Below, piece after piece: positions 59,171 through 64,000 of a stretch of 64,000 bases of DNA. Under the pieces are notes generated by a model that worked only from the letters and a program-made list of their open reading frames with translations, was not told the origin of the DNA and did not search any database. The position numbers and the translations under genes were made by a program. Source of the DNA: Schizosaccharomyces osmophilus (Eukaryota); NCBI RefSeq assembly GCF_027921745.1, contig NC_079238.1, forward strand, positions 2,108,001-2,172,000. The letters are read 5' to 3'. Within the stretch, counting starts at the first letter, position 1. Every line of letters starts with the position of its first letter.

Positions 59171-59656
59171 ATGGGTAATAAACCATCTCGGCAAGAATTT
59201 GTTTTGCATGCGCCTACAGAGTTTTCGGAAGGCTTAGTGCGCCATCTCAAGGAATCTCCGGAAACGGACACAAGTAGATGGATGGACATGGAAGGTTATA
59301 TCCAAAAGCGCGTGCAATCCGAATTAAAAAAACTTCAGGACCGTCAAAAGAAAGTCATTGATGTCCTTATAGATGAAGAATGGAAGCAAAATACAGAACT
59401 TGAAAAACAAAACGAAGGATCCTTAAACTCGAATCTACTGAAAAACGAATTCACTGCTTTTCGTGAAAGATTGGAGAAAGAATCTAGTGCTCATCAATCC
59501 ATAAAAAATGAAACCTTGAAGGAGATTGAAAACACTCGGTCCGATTTATTTGCATGCATGTCAGAAAACGCCGATAAATCCCTTCTTTGTCGCCCGTTTG
59601 CAGAAAAATTTGTTGCTCTTACAAGCGCTTTTAAAGAATCTCCCTCTGATTCTTAA
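59171..59656 (+). CDS. mic19: MICOS subunit Mic19 (DUF1690)
   Basis: MGNKPS myristoylation-type N-terminus, coiled coil, C-terminal C-x10-C (CMSENADKSLLC). Confidence 0.85.
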   Translation: MGNKPSRQEFVLHAPTEFSEGLVRHLKESPETDTSRWMDMEGYIQKRVQSELKKLQDRQKKVIDVLIDEEWKQNTELEKQNEGSLNSNLLKNEFTAFRERLEKESSAHQSIKNETLKEIENTRSDLFACMSENADKSLLCRPFAEKFVALTSAFKESPSDS

Positions 59657-60173
59657 GGCTGTTGGAACTATTTCTCTTTTACCTTTGTTTCTCATTTAAT
59701 TTTCAATCAGAACTTTCACTCATTGATTTACATTTTCATGTAACTCTATCCCTTGTATATGTGATGTCTATCCGCTTGCAAAACTTCACCTTAAAACCTT
59801 TTCCTTTTTTTTGAAATAATCTTTCTTATGTATCCTGCGTTCTTTTCGGATTATTCTTTATCAACAAGTTTTGGTGCGAGACATACATTTCCATCGTCTT
59901 TCCGCATACAAGCAGATGCTAATTTCTCCTATACTCCACTGGTATTATGACATACACCGCAAAATTAATGAAATTCATATTGTTAATTTGCAATTGCTTC
60001 TTTTTATCTCAAGTAGAAGTTCTGAAAGCTGAAAATGTCCAAAAAGGCTTGTACTCCATGTAATTTCCTCTCATAAATTCTGATCTAATTTAATGATTAA
60101 CTAAATGAAACCTCATTCCAAATAAACCATTTTTTTTTAGGTTATCCAGCAGACGTCTGTTGAGTCCTAATCT

Positions 60174-61288
60174 CTAAGCGTCAGCAGGTGACCCTTTCTG
60201 TTCTGGGACATCTGATGTTGTGCTTATTTCAGCAGCTTGACTGCTTTCACCGTTGGTGATTTCCTTCTCTAAAGGTTTCGTCTTCTCGTCAGATTTTGAA
60301 CTTTCCGGTTGGTACAGCTCATTCAAATTATATCTTCGCAACTGCTCATAATCTTTCACAACACTCATTCCAATAATGTTCTAACCAGGGTTAATGAAAA
60401 TTTGAAGTGGCTTCGAAGATGATTGAATACGTACCTTAAACACCTGAACCACGATGAGAAGATCATAATTTTTCAGGTCGACTTTATGATCATGTCCAAC
60501 ACATTTCGCAATGGACCTGTAAATATCGTCCTTCTTTATTACTGAGTGATTTCGAATAGTAGCTTGGACGGCAAACTATGGCAACAGAGTTAAAAATTAA
60601 TACTACAATGAGCCACTTACCTTCAAACTCTGTTGTCCTTCATGAAAATGAGGTTTTAATACCTCTGAGGCCAAGTTTTCCAAGTCTTCAATGGAGGCTC
60701 CTGTTGTCCTAACTATGGGTGTCAACCTTTGGGTAAAACGAGTCATCTTTTTCGTCCTCCCTTCTTTGCAAGTGTATTCCACCAATTTTACAGGGTCTAC
60801 AGGAGATCTCGTTTTTATAAAAACCACTATAATGAATGGTTACAAATTGATCATCATATAGTTATAATGCCATACCACATTGTATATCAATCAAGATGGG
60901 AGTTAGCAACTCCTTTTTGCTTTTTTTCTTTTCTTTCATTTCTTCTAATTCGCGTGAAATGGCATCTTCCAAATCACCTTCTTCATCATCCGTCTCCTCA
61001 GATCCTATTGTTTCAGGCCAGAGCGTAGCAACATGCTGTCAACTGTGTTAGTATCATAACAAATAGAAAAGCAAATCGACATACTTGAGAGAAGACATTA
61101 ATAATCTCGTTGGATGCTTGTCTCTCTTTACCACGAGGTACTGTAATCAAAATTCCACTTTCATTTTTCTCAATGCCTGTACGTTTAAACTTGAGCTTAT
61201 AAAGGTTATTAATAAGTTATAAATATAAAAATACCTTTTTTCCTGGAGCACCACCTTGATTTGCGTCTGAACGATCGCGTTTTGCCAT
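60174..61288 (-). CDS. tan1: THUMP-domain tRNA acetyltransferase adaptor Tan1; six exons
   Basis: GILITVPRGKE, DLEDAISRE, TRFTQRLTPI, VDLKNYD, MSVVKDYEQLRRYNL. Five GT-AG introns. Confidence 0.9.
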
Positions 61289-61714
61289 TATAATGTTTCT
61301 TACTTTAGTTGCACCCAAAGTACGCAGAATGTGTGACACCCAACAGATGTCCGTCTTGTAGAAGACCTCACAAGAAAATAGATGAAGAGAGGTTAAAAAA
61401 AATAAATTAAATTGTAGAAAAAGCGTCTCAACTAATAAAAACTTTAAGCTGATTTTACCATAGTTTAAAAGCGCAAAAAGCCTTTACTAAAATGAAGCAT
61501 ATTCTTACTTGACATTCACCGATTAAATGTATTTCGAAAATAATTACAATACCTTCAAATGAAAATTTGTAATTGGAAAGATAATAGCTTCCATATTTCT
61601 AATATATTTCTACCTTCATTACAGTATTTGGACATTAGGTCCTTGATAGGGATTGAGGGAGATCATATACATTGAAAACTAAACATCTGAAACTTTAAAT
61701 GAAAATAAATAACT

Positions 61715-64000
61715 TCATGTTTTCTCTTCTTGCATAGCAGAAGGCATCTCGTTGAATTGAGAAGATCCTTCAGCATTCTTTGTGCATTTCTTTTTCCGCA
61801 AAGACTGATTCAGAAACACGGAGGATGCAATACGCTTTCTCCCCGCTGTAATCTTTCCATTGGGAGGTAATCGGGGCCGTGGAGGCTTGTTTCGTGGCCG
61901 AATATCTTCATCTTCTATTAATTCATCTACACCAAACTCATCCATCCTTGCAGTTAGGAAATCTTGGATAAGATTAACTTCGTCCTTCAAACTCTCTCTA
62001 GTAATTGGTGGGTACCTGGGGGGAAGAGGGTATTCTTTTGTATTTTCAGTAGTTCTACCGTTTAAGCGTTAACAAATATAATTCTGTCAAAAAAATTCAC
62101 GTACAATTCTGGCTGCTGACTCATATTTAATCTCAGCCTACTTTGCAATAAATGTAAAGGTACAGACAATGAGTCCAATCCGAGTTCTTTCTCCAAACCT
62201 AGTTCTCGTAATCCAAAGAAGTCATCGCCCGTATCATATGAAAATCCACCTGTAATAAATGAATCGCTATTCTGTCCAAAAATTGCATCTTCGTCATTCG
62301 TAGTTGAAAGTGCTGGCCGTAGAAGCTCCACGAAATGTCTATGTAGCCTCTGATGAACTTCGTCTAGTTTAATCCCATAGCGTTTAATGTCATCAAAAAC
62401 GTAAGAAACCAACGTCTCAGGACCGGAGACGCCTAGTTCTTGAAGGGTTTGACTGATTATTTCCTTAAGATTGTTAATACAGAGTTTGCATATCAACAAT
62501 ATGGCAACTTACTTCTTTGGAATCCTTTTGCTTGTTCGAAATATAATTATCAATTAAGGTACCGGCATTTTTCATATAATCCGCTGCTACATCTGTCAAC
62601 GCGTTCAAAGCCTCAGAATGGAATGCTAATCGGTTAGTAGCCAATACCGAAATATTTTACTTACAATCGAACCCAGCGTGGAAAAGAATTACTGAACAAA
62701 GTTTCTTTATAATTCCATGTGCGACTGGTTGAAAATCGGAAACTCCTTCATAGTCTTGTGGAATATCTAATAAAATCGACTCTTCATTGGTGAAAGGAAT
62801 ATTACTTCGATAATAATCAGAGTAAAACTATAATGTTAATAACTTTCTAGAAAAAAAATTCATACCGGCTGTGGGAGTTGCATCTGCTTGACTGTCTGTA
62901 TTTTATTACAAAGCTTTCTTATCTGCTGCATTTTCGATATGTTTCTGTACATAGAAGAAGAAAGCCCTGGGGAATGTGAATTCATTTCCAAAAGTAGGTA
63001 ATTATTGCAGACTTCATCTTCGACTGGTCTAAAATTATTCCCGGCAAAATCATGGACGGGTATTCCTGAAGTTACATCGTATTCAAACAGATAGTTGTAA
63101 CTAGAATTTGTATTGGAGATATCCAATATATCACTTAAACTTTCAGAGGATGCAGAAAATTTTTCATAAGCTTTTTCTCTATTCATAAATGATGCCATGG
63201 CTTCGGGAGTCCTACAATACGAAGAGGAACTTTCTAAAGCATCCAAATTCCTTAACATATTCCTGTTGCGCAAAATAGATTCCACACGAGCAGATTTTGA
63301 ATCCTTCTTCCAAAATTCATGTGCAACGTCAGAATCAAATTTATCCTCAACAACTGTTTGTGCTTGAGTGGTATTTTCTTCTCCAGCGGAGAGCTTCTCC
63401 TCAGGGATTTCAGCAATATCAGAGGAAGGCTGCGGCTGTAAGCCTTCTTCCTTATTTTGTTGGTCATCTTCTTTTCGCCCTTGTTTTTCGCCCTCGTCAG
63501 GGCTGTTTGGGACGTCTGTGTGTACTTCTACAGATCGCTTGCTTTGTCCACCCCTTGATGATGTTTTTTTTGATGTAGTATGTTTAGATGTTTTTTCACT
63601 TGACTCTTCTAAACGGTCAGCGTAAGAAGTTTAATAGAACATACCTTCATCACTCTCAAGATCTGCTTCCATCAAAGTTTCATCGTAGTCTTTTCTAGAT
63701 TGAATAGAGATATCCGGAATGATATTAGCAAGCTCTTGCGACTTCTTCTTCATCATTAAAGCATGGATACGTAGTGGATGTTCCTACTCATATTAGAACC
63801 ATATCATGTAAAAATGACCATACCGGATGAGAGTTGTATGCTAAGCAATTAGACCAAATAAGCATTAAGTCATAAACAATATCTTTTTTACTGTTATACT
63901 GCAGCGCCTTTAATTTCCGAAGCATCGTTCCCAAATCCATAGGCTCTTTAATAACTGAAGATCCACGTTAATACTAAATATAACAACAAAAAATATGAAA
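61715..64000 (-). CDS. spt7: SAGA bromodomain subunit Spt7; 5' part lies beyond the window; multi-exon
   Basis: Bromodomain [14 protein letters not shown]...LMLIWSN, histone-fold region, [25 protein letters not shown]. Confidence 0.92.

Noticed and set aside
1..64000. tRNA, rRNA, Tf LTR/wtf elements, CRISPR or a horizontally acquired island
   Set aside because: No such signatures were seen. The gene content is conserved eukaryotic housekeeping.

Overview
This is a gene-dense eukaryotic window with short GT-AG introns and CTAAC-type branch points. It is very likely from a fission yeast (Schizosaccharomyces). From memory, the gene order matches S. pombe chromosome II (c17D1/c17D11/c20F10/c25H2 region), but the proteins look diverged, so a sister species such as S. 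octosporus, S. cryophilus or S. osmophilus is likely. I could reconstruct 30 conserved protein-coding genes from dph2 to spt7, both partial at the window edges. Several are multi-exon and are fragmented or missing in the ORF track (lsm5, nse4, the CMD/AhpD-like gene, vac14 5' exons, tan1). I saw no tRNA, rRNA, transposon or CRISPR. The best unexplained signals are: (1) a 58-codon ORF below the track cutoff, in the 2.1-kb psl1-lsm5 gap, about 100 bp downstream of a combined Ste11 TR-box and forkhead element; (2) a possible long, structured, uORF-containing leader and a strongly folded 265-nt intron at spp41; (3) stems in the other long introns (spp2, egd2, lsm5, gar1); (4) stop-free in-frame introns in dph2 and nto1, and a weak donor site ahead of the Nep1 catalytic Cys. 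All structures and splice sites were read by eye and are not computed.
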